Notes: a model not told the origin generated them from the letters alone. Positions 1-13,499 are shown, counted from the first letter of the whole stretch. The stretch: DNA of 63,566 nt, filler included, from Octopus bimaculoides (GCF_001194135.2; 8 parts of 8 records of this genome joined end to end with filler, not necessarily neighbours in it), one strand, 5' to 3'. Program-made: numbers and translations.

Positions 1-1180
1 TTTACCTTCTCCTTAATCTTAGTACAAGTTTCGAAGAGTGCAGTTCGATTTTATCAGTTATTTTTTCAAAGCTGTAATGGAGGTGACAAAGGAGGAAATT
101 CCGCATATTTTGCTTTATGAGTTCAATAAAAGCAACAACGCAACGGAAAGTGCGAGGAATATTCATGCAGTATATAGGATCAGACAATAAGCGGAAGCCA
201 GTGTCAACGAAGGTTCCAGAAATTCTGAGCCGGAAACAACTGCCTAGAAGACGGACCTCGTTCTCGAAGATCTGTAGAGCTCGATGAGGACGTCCTGCAA
301 ACCCTGGTGGAACAAAATTTCATCGTAACTGTTGAGGAACCAGCAGAGAAGCTTGGATTTGGTCAGTCAACCATTCATCGACACCTGCGTGCCATCGGTA
401 AAGTCAGAAAATTGAGTCAATGGGTTCCTCACAAACTTTCCTAGACTAACCGCGCGCAAAGAGTGAATGTGTGCTCTTCTTTGCTGTCACATCTCACGAA
501 TGAACCTCTTTTGGACTGAATAGTGACTGGTGGCGAGAAATGGGTTCTCTATAAAAATGTCAAGTGCCGAAGGTAGTGGATAAGGAAAGGAGAAACACTG
601 GCACCTCAGGTTAAAGAAAGTCTTCACCCATGTAAGGTGTTATTATCTGTTTGGTGGAATACGAAAGGTTTAATTCACTTTAAACTTTTAAACCCAAACC
701 AAACGATAACGAAGGAGATCTACTGCGAGCAGCTTGAGCGGCTTAAGTCAGCACTAGGAGAAAAACGACCATCTTTGGTTTGAAGACGAAAGGTGTTCTT
801 CTATCAGGATAATGCTCGGCCACATACAGCGAGGATGACATTCCAAAGGCTGGAGCAGTTTGAATGGGAAACGATGCCCCACTCACCATATTCGCCGGGC
901 ATTACCCAATCTGATTATCATTTATTCCGCAGTCTTCAAAATTATTTGGACGGAAAAAATACGAATTCTGTAGACGAGGTCAGAACAGTACTGGAGGAGT
1001 ATTTTTCGTCACGGACAATTTAATTTTAGAAGAGGGGCCTTGCAAATCTACCAGATAGATGGAAGAGCATTATAGAAAATGAAGGAGAGTATATTTTAGA
1101 TTAAAAAAGAACTTTGTGTACCTTAATTTTGAAAAATAAATGATGTATAAAAAGACCGCATTATTAATGGGATGACCTAA
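1..1180 (+). mobile_element. Mariner (Tc1/mariner) DNA transposon, 5' end outside window
   Basis: Decayed transposase followed by a TIR-like end ...TTAATGGGATGACCTAA (to 1180) and TA at 1181-1182. Confidence 0.92.
77..1104 (+). pseudogene. Mariner transposase pseudogene
   Basis: MEVTKEEIPHILLYEFNK start, WVPHKL (421), VTGGEKW (catalytic D changed to G), QDNARPH, HSPYSPGITQSDYHLFRSL, and C-terminal RWKSIIENEGEYILD*. Several in-frame stops and frameshifts. Confidence 0.93.
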
Positions 1181-1204
1181 TATTTGTATATATCTGTCTT
1201 CCGG

Positions 1205-1415
1205 TATGTGTTTGTACTCTACCACCGCTTGGCAATCGGTGTTGGTTTGTTTTCGTCTCCATAACTGAGCGGTTCAGTAAGCATGTTCGATACAATAAGT
1301 ACTCGGCTTACCAAAAACATAATTACTAGGTGTCAATTCGTTCGATTCAAAATCTTCAAAGAGGCGCCCCGCCATGGCTGCAGTTGAATGAGTGAAACAT
1401 GGGAAAAGATGAAAG
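1205..1415 (+). mobile_element. SINE family A, degenerate 3' module
   Basis: Similar to the 3' module of the copies at 2056-3212 and 20727-21140. Confidence 0.65.
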
Positions 1416-2055
1416 ATAAAAAGACACATAGATACCGATACAGCAAGAGATTAGAGAATGGGAAAGACAGAGTTGTATAAGTAGAGAGAGAGGGGGAGGG
1501 GGGGAGAGAGAGAGAGAGAGAGAGTGAGAGTGAGAGTGAGAGAGAGATGAGCACTTAGTCGACCTGCTTTGTCAGCAGTCAGGGTAGAGACAAACAGGCA
1601 GACAGACTGACTGCCAAACAGGCAGACAGACAGCTGGACAACAGACACAGCTTTTACAATCAGACAGGCGGCAGACAGTCAGACCACCAGATTGTGTGAA
1701 CTATTAACATTGAGGTAATAATGTGAAAGTGTAAAGCGTTCTTGTAATCAGTGAAGCAGTTACTAATTGCATCAAGTAACTAATATTAATTAATGAAGTT
1801 CTTAATGTAGTGAGAATTAATAACTTTAAACTAACTCACACTGTACCTGTATCAAATATTGTGGACCGGAACCGTGGTTGGGGAGAGAAAGAGAGGAAGT
1901 GAGAATGAGGAAGTAGTGGGGAGAGGAAGAGCGAGATAAAGAGAAAGAGAGTTTGGGAAGAGTTCTGATATTGGAATCTGAAATTTCGATTTCAAAATTT
2001 GGCACAAGGTCAGTAAGTTCGAGAAAGGGGCTAAATCGATTACATAGAATCCCCA

Positions 2056-2948
2056 GGCGCAATTGTGGCTGTGTGGTAAGAAGCTTGCTAACCGACCACA
2101 TGGTTCTGGGTTCAGTCCCACTGCGTGGCACCTTGGGCAAGTGTCTTCTACTATAGCCTCGGGACGACCAAAGCCTTGTGAGTGGACTTGGTAGAATGAA
2201 ACTGAAAGAAGCCCGTCGAATATATACATGTATGTGTATGTATNNNNNNNNNNNNNNNNNNNNNNNNNNNNNNNNNNNNNNNNNNNNNNNNNNNNNNNNN
2301 NNNNNNNNNNNNNNNNNNNNNNNNNNNNNNNNNNNNNNNNNNNNNNNNNNNNNNNNNNNNNNNNNNNNNNNNNNNNNNNNNNNNNNNNNNNNNNNNNNNN
2401 NNNNNNNNNNNNNNNNNNNNNNNNNNNNNNNNNNNNNNNNNNNNNNNNNNNNNNNNNNNNNNNNNNNNNNNNNNNNNNNNNNNNNNNNNNNNNNNNNNNN
2501 NNNNNNNNNNNNNNNNNNNNNNNNNNNNNNNNNNNNNNNNNNNNNNNNNNNNNNNNNNNNNNNNNNNNNNNNNNNNNNNNNNNNNNNNNNNNNNNNNNNN
2601 NNNNNNNNNNNNNNNNNNNNNNNNNNNNNNNNNNNNNNNNNNNNNNNNNNNNNNNNNNNNNNNNNNNNNNNNNNNNNNNNNNNNNNNNNNNNNNNNNNNN
2701 NNNNNNNNNNNNNNNNNNNNNNNNNNNNNNNNNNNNNNNNNNNNNNNNNNNNNNNNNNNNNNNNNNNNNNNNNNNNNNNNNNNNNNNNNNNNNNNNNNNN
2801 NNNNNNNNNNNNNNNNNNNNNNNNNNNNNNNNNNNNNNNNNNNNNNNNNNNNNNNNNNNNNNNNNNNNNNNNNNNNNNNNNNNNNNNNNNNNNNNNNNNN
2901 NNNNNNNNNNNNNNNNNNNNNNNNNNNNNNNNNNNNNNNNNNNNNNNN

Positions 2949-3012
<64 letters not shown>

Positions 3013-3212
3013 TGTGTGTGTCTTTGTTTGGCCCCACCACTTGACAACCGTTGTTGGTGTGTTAACATCTCCGTAACGTAGCTGTTCGGCAAAAGAGACC
3101 GATAGAATAACAAGTACCTGGCTTAACAAAAATTCAAGTACTGGAATCAATCCGTCCGACTAAAAATTCCTCAAGGCCGTGCCCCAGCAAGGCTGCACTC
3201 CAATGACTGATA
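2056..3212 (+). mobile_element. tRNA-derived SINE family A with internal (TA)/(TG) microsatellite, partly gapped
   Basis: A box TGGCTGTGTGG (2066) and B box GGTTCAGTCC (2109). Head, microsatellite and 3' module match the ungapped copy at 20727-21140. Confidence 0.85.
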
Positions 3213-4924
3213 GAAGTCAGAGCTTAAAGACGAAAGATTCAAGCAAAGCAGACGACATCTGCTCCGGCATAAAATGTCAAATATTTATAGATACGTTTTG
3301 TGATAGAGTATAGCATTCGTCTGGTTGCTTTACATACAACATTGCTCTGTCATGTCATGTCATGTCATGTCATGTCAAACCTGAGAAACATCCTACAATA
3401 GAAACACACAGAAATCTTGTTCTTTCAACAACACAAAGGACACAATCGCTGTTTTATCACTGAGACAACGGCGTTGTTCACCGTTGTCTTTGATAATACA
3501 TAGTTTTCAGTTGCTTTCAAGTAGCTACTTTCAATGTTTGGACGCCTTTGCGATATTTGATCATCTTATTTCGTTGACCTCTATACATAGTATAGCCAAA
3601 ACTTTATCAGCACAGAGAGAGGCGACATTACTTCTACTGTGTTTGATGATACTTCATCGACCCTCTTCTCGTAGTTTGCTGGCTCTCAAAGAGGCTCTTG
3701 TGAGAACCAGATTGGAGTACTTTGCACACGTGTATATACATATTCGCACACAGATACAAGTGCATACAAGCACTCACTATCTCTCTCACACACACACACG
3801 CACTCGCACACACACATGCATACACGCACACACACACACATGCATACACGCACACACAGACACACACACACATATACGCGCACAAACGCACACACAGACA
3901 CACACACACATATACGCGCACAAACGCACACACAGAGACGTACATACACGAGACATAGACACACACAAACATGCTCCCTCGTACATTGACATACACATAC
4001 ACACACACAAGAAACATTGTTGTTGTTGTTGTTGGTACTGCTGCTGCTGTTGCTGCTACTCCTATAGTTGTCGATGATAATGATGGTGGTGGTGGTGGTT
4101 GTTTTTGGTGGTGGTGGTGGTGTCATATGTATATAGAGAGTAGATATGGTTGGATGGCTGGGTACGTCACCAGTATCGATAGATAATCCTTNNNNNNNNN
4201 NNNNNNNNNNNNNNNNNNNNNNNNNNNNNNNNNNNNNNNNNNNNNNNNNNNNNNNNNNNNNNNNNNNNNNNNNNNNNNNNNNNNNNNNNNNNNNNNNNNN
4301 NNNNNNNNNNNNNNNNNNNNNNNNNNNNNNNNNNNNNNNNNNNNNNNNNNNNNNNNNNNNNNNNNNNNNNNNNNNNNNNNNNNNNNNNNNNNNNNNNNNN
4401 NNNNNNNNNNNNNNNNNNNNNNNNNNNNNNNNNNNNNNNNNNNNNNNNNNNNNNNNNNNNNNNNNNNNNNNNNNNNNNNNNNNNNNNNNNNNNNNNNNNN
4501 NNNNNNNNNNNNNNNNNNNNNNNNNNNNNNNNNNNNNNNNNNNNNNNNNNNNNNNNNNNNNNNNNNNNNNNNNNNNNNNNNNNNNNNNNNNNNNNNNNNN
4601 NNNNNNNNNNNNNNNNNNNNNNNNNNNNNNNNNNNNNNNNNNNNNNNNNNNNNNNNNNNNNNNNNNNNNNNNNNNNNNNNNNNNNNNNNNNNNNNNNNNN
4701 NNNNNNNNNNNNNNNNNNNNNNNNNNNNNNNNNNNNNNNNNNNNNNNNNNNNNNNNNNNNNNNNNNNNNNNNNNNNNNNNNNNNNNNNNNNNNNNNNNNN
4801 NNNNNNNNNNNNNNNNNNNNNNNNNNNNNNNNNNNNNNNNNNNNNNNNNNNNNNNNNNNNNNNNNNNNNNNNNNNNNNNNNNNNNNNNNNNNNNNNNNNN
4901 NNNNNNNNNNNNNNNNNNNNNNNT

Positions 4925-5167
4925 GCTGTACTCTTTCACCACAACTTTCTCTCACTCTTACTTCCTATTTCTGTTGTGCCTGTAATTCAAAGGGTCAGCC
5001 TTGTCACACTGTGTCACGCTGAATATCTCCGAGAACTACGTTAAGGGTACATGTGTCTGTGGAGTGCTCAGCCATTTGCACGTTAATTTCACGAGCAGGC
5101 TGTTCCGTTGATCGGATCAACTGGAACCCTCGACGTCGTAAGCGACGGAGTGCCAACAACAACAACA
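4925..5167 (+). mobile_element. SINE family B, 3' part with (AAC)n tail
   Basis: Near-identical to 24070-24300 and the reverse complement of 12680-12930. Confidence 0.8.
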
Positions 5168-6474
5168 AATGTATTCCCTTCTGACCTTGTGCCCTTCCTT
5201 CGAAAAATTCCTGGGACCGCGCCTGAAAAGTGCTACTGATGTTTTGAGTGTGTGTTTGCACGTAGCCTACCGCATTATTTGATATTTACGAAAAAGTTCC
5301 TATTCGGAGTTCGTTTTCAAAACAACAAATTCGGTGGCGTAAATTCTTCGAATGTTGATTGTAATGGAACCAAGAGAACAAACAGACAACAACAACAACA
5401 ACATTACTCTTCTTAGTCAACAACGAATTCTTCGGGCAGAAATACCTAGGTTGGCTCTGTATCAAGACATCAACAACTGTTGTTGTTGTTGTTGTTGTTG
5501 TTGTTGGTGGTGGTGGTGTTGTTGTTGTTGCTGCTGCTGCTGCTGGTGTTGTTTCTGTTGTTTGTTGTTGTTTGTTGAATGAAATAATTCTGAGATTAAA
5601 TTCAAAACAACTGTTGTTTCTTGAGAACTGAACGAAAATGTTTTACTGCATTTAATCTCATCTCTCAGCGATTAGAATTTCCTTCGTATATAATTTTTGC
5701 TTTTAGCTCTCTCCATACAGGTGCGAGTAGGGTGGTGGTGGTGGTGGTGGTTGGGGTCGATAAACTAATACCACTTGATGTTGTGATTGTGTTTGTTGTT
5801 GACGATAATGNNNNNNNNNNNNNNNNNNNNNNNNNNNNNNNNNNNNNNNNNNNNNNNNNNNNNNNNNNNNNNNNNNNNNNNNNNNNNNNNNNNNNNNNNN
5901 NNNNNNNNNNNNNNNNNNNNNNNNNNNNNNNNNNNNNNNNNNNNNNNNNNNNNNNNNNNNNNNNNNNNNNNNNNNNNNNNNNNNNNNNNNNNNNNNNNNN
6001 NNNNNNNNNNNNNNNNNNNNNNNNNNNNNNNNNNNNNNNNNNNNNNNNNNNNNNNNNNNNNNNNNNNNNNNNNNNNNNNNNNNNNNNNNNNNNNNNNNNN
6101 NNNNNNNNNNNNNNNNNNNNNNNNNNNNNNNNNNNNNNNNNNNNNNNNNNNNNNNNNNNNNNNNNNNNNNNNNNNNNNNNNNNNNNNNNNNNNNNNNNNN
6201 NNNNNNNNNNNNNNNNNNNNNNNNNNNNNNNNNNNNNNNNNNNNNNNNNNNNNNNNNNNNNNNNNNNNNNNNNNNNNNNNNNNNNNNNNNNNNNNNNNNN
6301 NNNNNNNNNNNNNNNNNNNNNNNNNNNNNNNNNNNNNNNNNNNNNNNNNNNNNNNNNNNNNNNNNNNNNNNNNNNNNNNNNNNNNNNNNNNNNNNNNNNN
6401 NNNNNNNNNNNNNNNNNNNNNNNNNNNNNNNNNNNNNNNNNNNNNNNNNNNNNNNNNNNNNNNNNNNNNNNNNN

Positions 6475-6533
<59 letters not shown>

Positions 6534-6900
6534 CAGAGAGACAGAGAGAGACAGAGAGAGACAGAGAGACAGACAGAGAGAGACAGAGAGACAGAGAGCG
6601 AGAGACAGACAGACAGATGGAGAGAGAGAGACCTTGTTGCTATGAAAGAAAATAATACTTCGACTAATACCATGATACCACAGAGAGAAAGGCTACACAG
6701 GCCAATATCAAGAATCGCACAGGATGTTCCTATATCGCCATCAGAAGGTCGTTGTTTTGAAAATGTCAAAGTCAGCGTCGCCTGAAAGCTGTGCGGATGA
6801 GCTACCACGCATGTCTAAATGTTGCCGTGTGCATGAAAGTGTAAATATTGATCAGTTTGTAGTTTTGTTGTTGTGTTACTCTTACGTCTTCCCTTATCTA

Positions 6901-7379
6901 CAGGGTGTCCACAAAGTCTGGGTACACGGGGATTGCTGAGACCCCATTCGTTCATGACTGACCATGGGATTGCACCTAGAAAGTTACCTTCCCAGGCACA
7001 AGTCCGGGCAAGGTTGTTTATGGAAGACCAGCACTTGCCCATGCATACCGGTCTCCCCTCTCTACACCACCAGTGTTGTCCAAGGGAAAGGCAAAGGGGC
7101 CGATACAGCTTGGCCCCTGTGACGTCGCAACTCATTTCTACAGCTGAGTGAACTGGAGCAACGTGAAATAAAGTGTCTTGCTCAAGAACACATCACGCAG
7201 CCCGGTCCAGAATTCGAACTCACAACTTCGCGATCGTAAGCTCGACGCTCTAACCACTGAGCCATGCGCCTTCACACACGGGGATTAACACATACTTTCA
7301 GAAATTATTATTTCTTATATTTAACTGTTTATGTTATGACTTTATTTACTCCATGTACCCAGTCTTTGTGGACACCCTG
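6901..7379. mobile_element. Tc1/mariner-type MITE (~127 bp) interrupted by a SINE
   Basis: 31-bp TIRs CAGGGTGTCCACAAAGTCTGGGTACACGGGG (6901) and CTCCATGTACCCAGTCTTTGTGGACACCCTG (to 7379), 3 mismatches. TA on the left flank, TG on the right. Confidence 0.85.
6935..7275 (-). mobile_element. tRNA-derived SINE family D, full length
   Basis: Minus-strand head GGCGCATGGCTCAGTGGTTAGAGCG...GTTCGAATTC. 11-bp TSD ACACGGGGATT at 6924-6934 and 7276-7286. Related copy at 22466-22690. Confidence 0.88.
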
Positions 7380-8037
7380 TGGTATATCTCATGAAGTTTT
7401 TTACAATTAGATGTAACCCTTTCTTCTCTTTTTTTAAAGGTACATATAACTATGTTACCTAATGTACTCTTCCGGTAGAGAATTGAGTGAATAAGACATA
7501 GCAAATGTAGGGAAACCTAGAATTTGAACCCCATTCGCTAAGTCATCAGGCTGTTACCACTAATGAAACATGCAAATTATCATGTCTATGTTCTATTTAT
7601 CGACCAATCGGCTTGCAGAGGATCACACTACAAAGCCAGGATTATCATTTCAAATTTCTTTGCTATTCGCACTCTTTTCTTAATTCCTGAGCAGTTTGGG
7701 GCAAAAATATTCTTCGAACAGTTTTGTGACCGCCACAAAGAACACACTTCTTGACAAATGCAAGTCAGAACAAGCGCTGAAGCTGAAAGACTCAACGGAG
7801 AGCAACACATAATTCTTGGTACCTACCTGCACGACCGTGTAATGGAGGATCATATGTCTCTAATGCACTTCTCTATGCAAACAACTAGGAATTCAATTTC
7901 CTCACCTCACGTCACCTAAATCAAGGGCAGAGCCGTGAATCAGTGTCTTAAATTCTTTCTCCACCGGTTCATCTTCAGAGACATCTCTGGTTATATCGCT
8001 CTACGTTGAGTATCTGAAAAATTCGTATTCTGTCTCC

Positions 8038-8186
8038 CTACCATCGCTTGAAACCAATGTTGGTGTGTTTACGTACCCGTAACTTAGCGGTTCGGCAAAA
8101 CAGACCGATAGAATAAGTCCTGGGATCGATGTTTGACTAAAGGCAGTGCTCCAGCATGGCCGCAGTCAAATGACTGAAACAAGTAA
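8038..8186 (+). mobile_element. SINE family A 3' module
   Basis: GTAACTTAGCGGTTCGGCAAAA...CTCCAGCATGGCCGCAGTCAAATGACTG motif shared with other copies. Confidence 0.75.
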
Positions 8187-9823
8187 ATGAATAAAATTAT
8201 ATATATATATATATNNNNNNNNNNNNNNNNNNNNNNNNNNNNNNNNNNNNNNNNNNNNNNNNNNNNNNNNNNNNNNNNNNNNNNNNNNNNNNNNNNNNNN
8301 NNNNNNNNNNNNNNNNNNNNNNNNNNNNNNNNNNNNNNNNNNNNNNNNNNNNNNNNNNNNNNNNNNNNNNNNNNNNNNNNNNNNNNNNNNNNNNNNNNNN
8401 NNNNNNNNNNNNNNNNNNNNNNNNNNNNNNNNNNNNNNNNNNNNNNNNNNNNNNNNNNNNNNNNNNNNNNNNNNNNNNNNNNNNNNNNNNNNNNNNNNNN
8501 NNNNNNNNNNNNNNNNNNNNNNNNNNNNNNNNNNNNNNNNNNNNNNNNNNNNNNNNNNNNNNNNNNNNNNNNNNNNNNNNNNNNNNNNNNNNNNNNNNNN
8601 NNNNNNNNNNNNNNNNNNNNNNNNNNNNNNNNNNNNNNNNNNNNNNNNNNNNNNNNNNNNNNNNNNNNNNNNNNNNNNNNNNNNNNNNNNNNNNNNNNNN
8701 NNNNNNNNNNNNNNNNNNNNNNNNNNNNNNNNNNNNNNNNNNNNNNNNNNNNNNNNNNNNNNNNNNNNNNNNNNNNNNNNNNNNNNNNNNNNNNNNNNNN
8801 NNNNNNNNNNNNNNNNNNNNNNNNNNNNNNNNNNNNNNNNNNNNNNNNNNNNNNNNNNNNNNNNNNNNNNNNNNNNNNNNNNNNNNNNNNNNNNNNNNNN
8901 NNNNNNNNNNNNNNNNNNNNNNNNNNNNNNNNNNNNNNNNNNNNNNNNNNNNNNNNNNNNNNNNNNNNNNNNNNNNNNNNNNNNNNNNNNNNNNNNNNNN
9001 NNNNNNNNNNNNNNNNNNNNNNNNNNNNNNNNNNNNNNNNNNNNNNNNNNNNNNNNNNNNNNNNNNNNNNNNNNNNNNNCCCACCCCACCAACCCATCAA
9101 ACCTCAGCATGATAAACTTTACTCCATGGTCCATAGAATAATTAGTAATCATGTATTGATTAAATTCAATCGATTATGCGTTCTTATGTAAGACTGATAT
9201 ATCAATATAGCTGTTATCAATATTGTTGTTGTTATTGTTAATTCAGTGTCTTTACCGTTGCTGTTGTTGTTGTTGTTGTCAGTGTTAGTACTCAAGGACA
9301 GACTTTAGGTGAGAATCCTGTAATTGTTTTCTAGCCGTCAACCTTAAATTATCCTCTTCAACGTTAACAAAATAACGGCCTTCGAATAAAAATATCTTCG
9401 TTCCGTAACATTCATTTTTTTTGTGTATGTGTTGTTGTTGTTGTTGTTGTACCTGTTGTTTTTGTGTGTTTTTGTTGTTGTTGTTTATCTTCTCTTTTCT
9501 AGTTTTCAAGATAATTAGATATTTTTTCAGATATCATGAAGGAATATATAAAAACAAAACCCAGCAAAACAAGAGCAATACCATATTCAACAATTACGCA
9601 ACCTCGGCCTTTGGACTGAAATATCTTGGCTCTCTATCAACACATCAAATTTAGTTGTTGTTGCTGTTATTGTTGTATTATCTCTTGCTTTGTCCTTTTG
9701 CATAAAGAATTTTCACATAGAAAACAAAATATAAAAAAAAAACAAGAACAAACATTTCCCAGTAATAATAACATAATTCCTGAAACAGTCCATTTAACCG
9801 TAAGTGGGCATCACCGAGTAAGA

Positions 9824-10272
9824 ATAACAACTTATCAATGGTTCGGACAGTTAACCCTCAAATGTTCACAATCTACCTACCTGTGCGCAGGTACTACAGA
9901 GTAGGAACAACCACTAGCGTAGCTAGAGTGTGTGCCGTCCGGGTCGAGAAATTTATTTTTCCCACGAGCGTTTCGGACCCCAGTTATGAACTCATTTGCA
10001 TGCAGTCAATCAGAGCTCGATTATCAAGCTAATTTATAAGCGCATAACAATTTATCAATGGTTCGGACAGTTAACCCTCAAATGTTCACAATCAGCCTAC
10101 CTGTGCGCAGGTACTACAGAGTAGGAACAACCACTAGCGTAGCTAGAGTGTGTGCCGCGCGGGGCGAGAAATATTTTTTTTCCCCACGAGAGTTTCGGAC
10201 CCCAGTTATGAACTCATTTGCATGCAGCCAATCAGAGCTCGATTATCAAACTAATTTATAAGCGCATAACAA
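9824..10272. repeat. Two-copy tandem duplication of a ~220-bp unit
   Basis: ATAACAA boundary at 9824, 10044 and 10266. The two units are highly similar throughout. Confidence 0.93.
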
Positions 10273-10446
10273 GTGATGGGCGATAAAATAAGGTCACTTG
10301 GATAAGGAATGACCATCTCTTTTAATATAATGCTGCTTGTGTTTGCTCTCGTTTCAACCATGGCTACCTCTGCGTAATTATTTGTGTTGTTGTTTAATTT
10401 GGAAAATAATAAGGGGAGGGGGTTGCTAGCATGTCACCCTCTACTC

Positions 10447-10645
10447 TTTTACCTGTTTCAGTCATTTGACTGTGACCATGCTGGAGCACAGCCTTTAGTC
10501 GAGCAAATCGACCCCAGGACTTATTCGTTGTAAGCCTAGTACTTATTCTATCGGTCTCTTTTGCCGAACCGCTAGGTTACGGGGACGTAAACACACTAGC
10601 ATCGGTTGTCAAGCGATATTGGGGGGACAAACACAGATACACACA
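10447..10645 (-). mobile_element. SINE family A 3' module
   Basis: Reverse complement of the module at 8038-8186. Confidence 0.8.
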
Positions 10646-10683
<38 letters not shown>

Positions 10684-10684
10684 G

Positions 10685-10781
<97 letters not shown>

Positions 10782-12679
10782 TGGGACAGTGAGAGAGAGT
10801 GGGACAGTGAGAGAGAGTGGGACAGTGAGAGAGAGAAAGAGCAGGACAGAAAAAGATGGAGCGAGAGGATGGAACAAACATGGTGCCCTGTCGACTCTGC
10901 TTATTCCATATCATTACATCTCCTGTGTTCCTGATATGTTCCGTGTGTGCTTCTGCATTTCTCATGTACTCCTCATATTAATTAATGTATCACATTGTGC
11001 TAACGGCGAAGCTTAACAATACTTGAAAGGTCAGCTCAAAGTGGATTATAATCCAAAATATAAAGTTTACAGGAAACCAATTATATTATTGGGGTCACGT
11101 GAAAATGACAATTGATACTCAAAAAATACTGTTTTTTTTAATTGTTGTTCTTGTTTTTTGGGTTTTTTTTTTTTCTAAAATAACCAAAGGAGGAGAATAA
11201 ATGTCGATGACTTTTGTATGTCCTTCAGCCTGGTGATACCGTTGCGGCCAGTGTGCAACTAGGACATCTGTAAGTTAACGTATGTAGGGATCCTCTTTTT
11301 GTGGTCACCCAGCTGCTTGAAATTGCAGCATATTCTCTCTCGAGTTACACTATAGCGACTTAACAAAAGAAGGACACGATAAATGCTCTATATTTTCTTA
11401 CAATTAAATTTGTTGTGGTTGTTGTTGTTGTTTAGACGCAGGCATGGCTGTGTGGTTAAGAGGTTCGGTTTGCGACAACGTGATTTCAGGCATGTGTGTC
11501 TGTGTACGTTTAGTCTTCGACGGATCAATCGTGCTACACAGGTTTTACAAGATTGCCTGATACCAGTAACACTAAGAGTGCTTGGTAAGGAGGGCAGTTT
11601 TTTTTTTTTTTTGACACACTGTAGGACGAAAAAACAAAACCTGTCAAAGGGCAGGTGAACTCAACAGAGTCAACGACCGTCCAACAGTTGTGAGTGAGAG
11701 ACCTTCTAGTATTTGTTTACACATCTCTCTAGGAGACTGAAAAACTGATGTCGGACGCTGACACTCGTTGATGCTGCATCGAAGAGGCCAGGGAATAGAA
11801 GAAAGAAGACATGCACCCAACACCAGAGCTGAAGACACCTCCGAAAGGGGGGGGGGCGCCACGTCAAAACGGTAGAGGAGTAGGGGCCGAAACCGGACGT
11901 GGTTCCTCCTGATGATGNNNNNNNNNNCACTGTAGGACGAAAAAACAAAACCTGTCAAAGGGCAGGTGAACTCAACAGAGTCAACGACCGTCCAACAGTT
12001 GTGAGTGAGAGACCTTCTAGTATTTGTTTACACATCTCTCTAGGAGACTGAAAAACTGATGTCGGACGCTGACACTCGTTGATGCTGCATCGAAGAGGCC
12101 AGGGAATAGAAGAAAGAAGACATGCACCCAACACCAGAGCTGAAGACACCTCCGAAAGGGGGGGGGGCGCCACGTCAAAACGGTAGAGGAGTAGGGGCCG
12201 AAACCGGACGTGGTTCCTCCTGATGATGTCTTGAGCTAACTGGATCCTATAAAGGAGCTGTTGTGGTAGCAGACCGCGAAACACGGTTGAAATTCCTCTT
12301 GCAACCTCGTTTGCATACGATGACATAGGCTAAGTTTTTCTTTTTCGACTTATGCTTATAATGTTCAGAGAGTGGGATTGGTCTTATGCGAGGCCTTTCT
12401 TCACTTTAAAGTGCTAATCTTTAACATCTCTATCATGTGTTGCTTACCATGGTTGATTATAAGTAAAAAAAGGTGAAGCTCACAATAAAAAAAAATTCCA
12501 TGATGGAATGAAAACATTTGTTAATGTGAGCGGTAACTCCTTCAACGCTTGCTGCAAGAGGCGCCCATCATTGCCACATCTGTCCAAAAATAAGAGAATA
12601 ACTAAGGGACCGGATTGCTCAAAACCGAGTTGAAGCCATCGTGTGTGTAATTGTTAAGTAGCACTCCATCGGATACAAC

Positions 12680-13378
12680 GACAATTATTGTTGGCACTCC
12701 GTCGCTTACGATGCCGAGGGTTCCAGTTGATCCGATCAACGTAACAGCCTGCTCGTGAAATTAACGTTCAAGTGGCTGAGCACTCCACAGACACGTGTAC
12801 CCTTAACGTAGTTCTCGGGGAGATTCAGCGTGACACAGTGTGACAATGCTGACCCTTTGAAATACAGGCACAACAGAAACAGGAAGTAAGAGTGAGAGAA
12901 AGTTGTGGTGAAAAAGTACAGCAGGGTTCGCCACCATCCCCTGCCGGAGCCTCGTGGCGCTTTAGATGTTTTCGCTCAATAAACACTCACAACGCCTGGT
13001 CTGGGAATCGAAATTGCGATCCTATTGACCACGAGTCCGCTGCCCTAACCACTGGGCCATTGCACATCCACACAACGACAATGGTTCCAGTTGATCTGAT
13101 CAACGGAACAGCTTGCTCGTGAAGTTAATGTGCAAGTGACGGAACATTCCAGAGACACGCGTACCCTTAACGTAGATCTCAGGGAGATTCAGCGTGACAC
13201 AAAATGTAACTAGGACGGTCCTTTGAAATACCCGTACTACTCATTTTTGCCAGCTGAGTGGACTGGAGCAACGTGAGAAAGAAAAAAAACAGTGTCTTGC
13301 TCAAGGGCATAACGCATCGCTAGGAATCGAACACACGACCGAGACACGAATAACCTAACTACTAAGCCACGCGCTTCA
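12680..13378 (-). mobile_element. Two adjacent SINE family B copies (about 12680-13065 and 13082-13378)
   Basis: Reverse complements of 19583-19906 and 23944-24300, with tRNA-like heads at the right ends. Confidence 0.8.
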
Positions 13379-13499
13379 CTGTGCAATTGTATACTAATGT
13401 AATTGTGTGTCTGCGTATGTGTTTCAGCTCCAACCCTCCGCTGCTTTACCTCTCAACCTAAACCGCTGCCAGCCATTCCTTTTTTACCGTAATGACGCT

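Noticed and set aside
7628-7810. Cys-containing minus-strand ORF considered as a Delta DSL/EGF exon
   Set aside because: Cys spacing and the GW/YYG motifs do not fit, and there are no convincing splice sites.
1826-9191. Long ORFs in the supplied track spanning N runs or simple repeats (also at 18.3, 43.6, 53.7 and 60.4 kb)
   Set aside because: Open only because of Ns or low-complexity microsatellites. No coding signal.
11617-12228. ~300-bp direct duplication across a 10-N gap
   Set aside because: Identical sequence on both contig ends, typical of an unmerged overlap.
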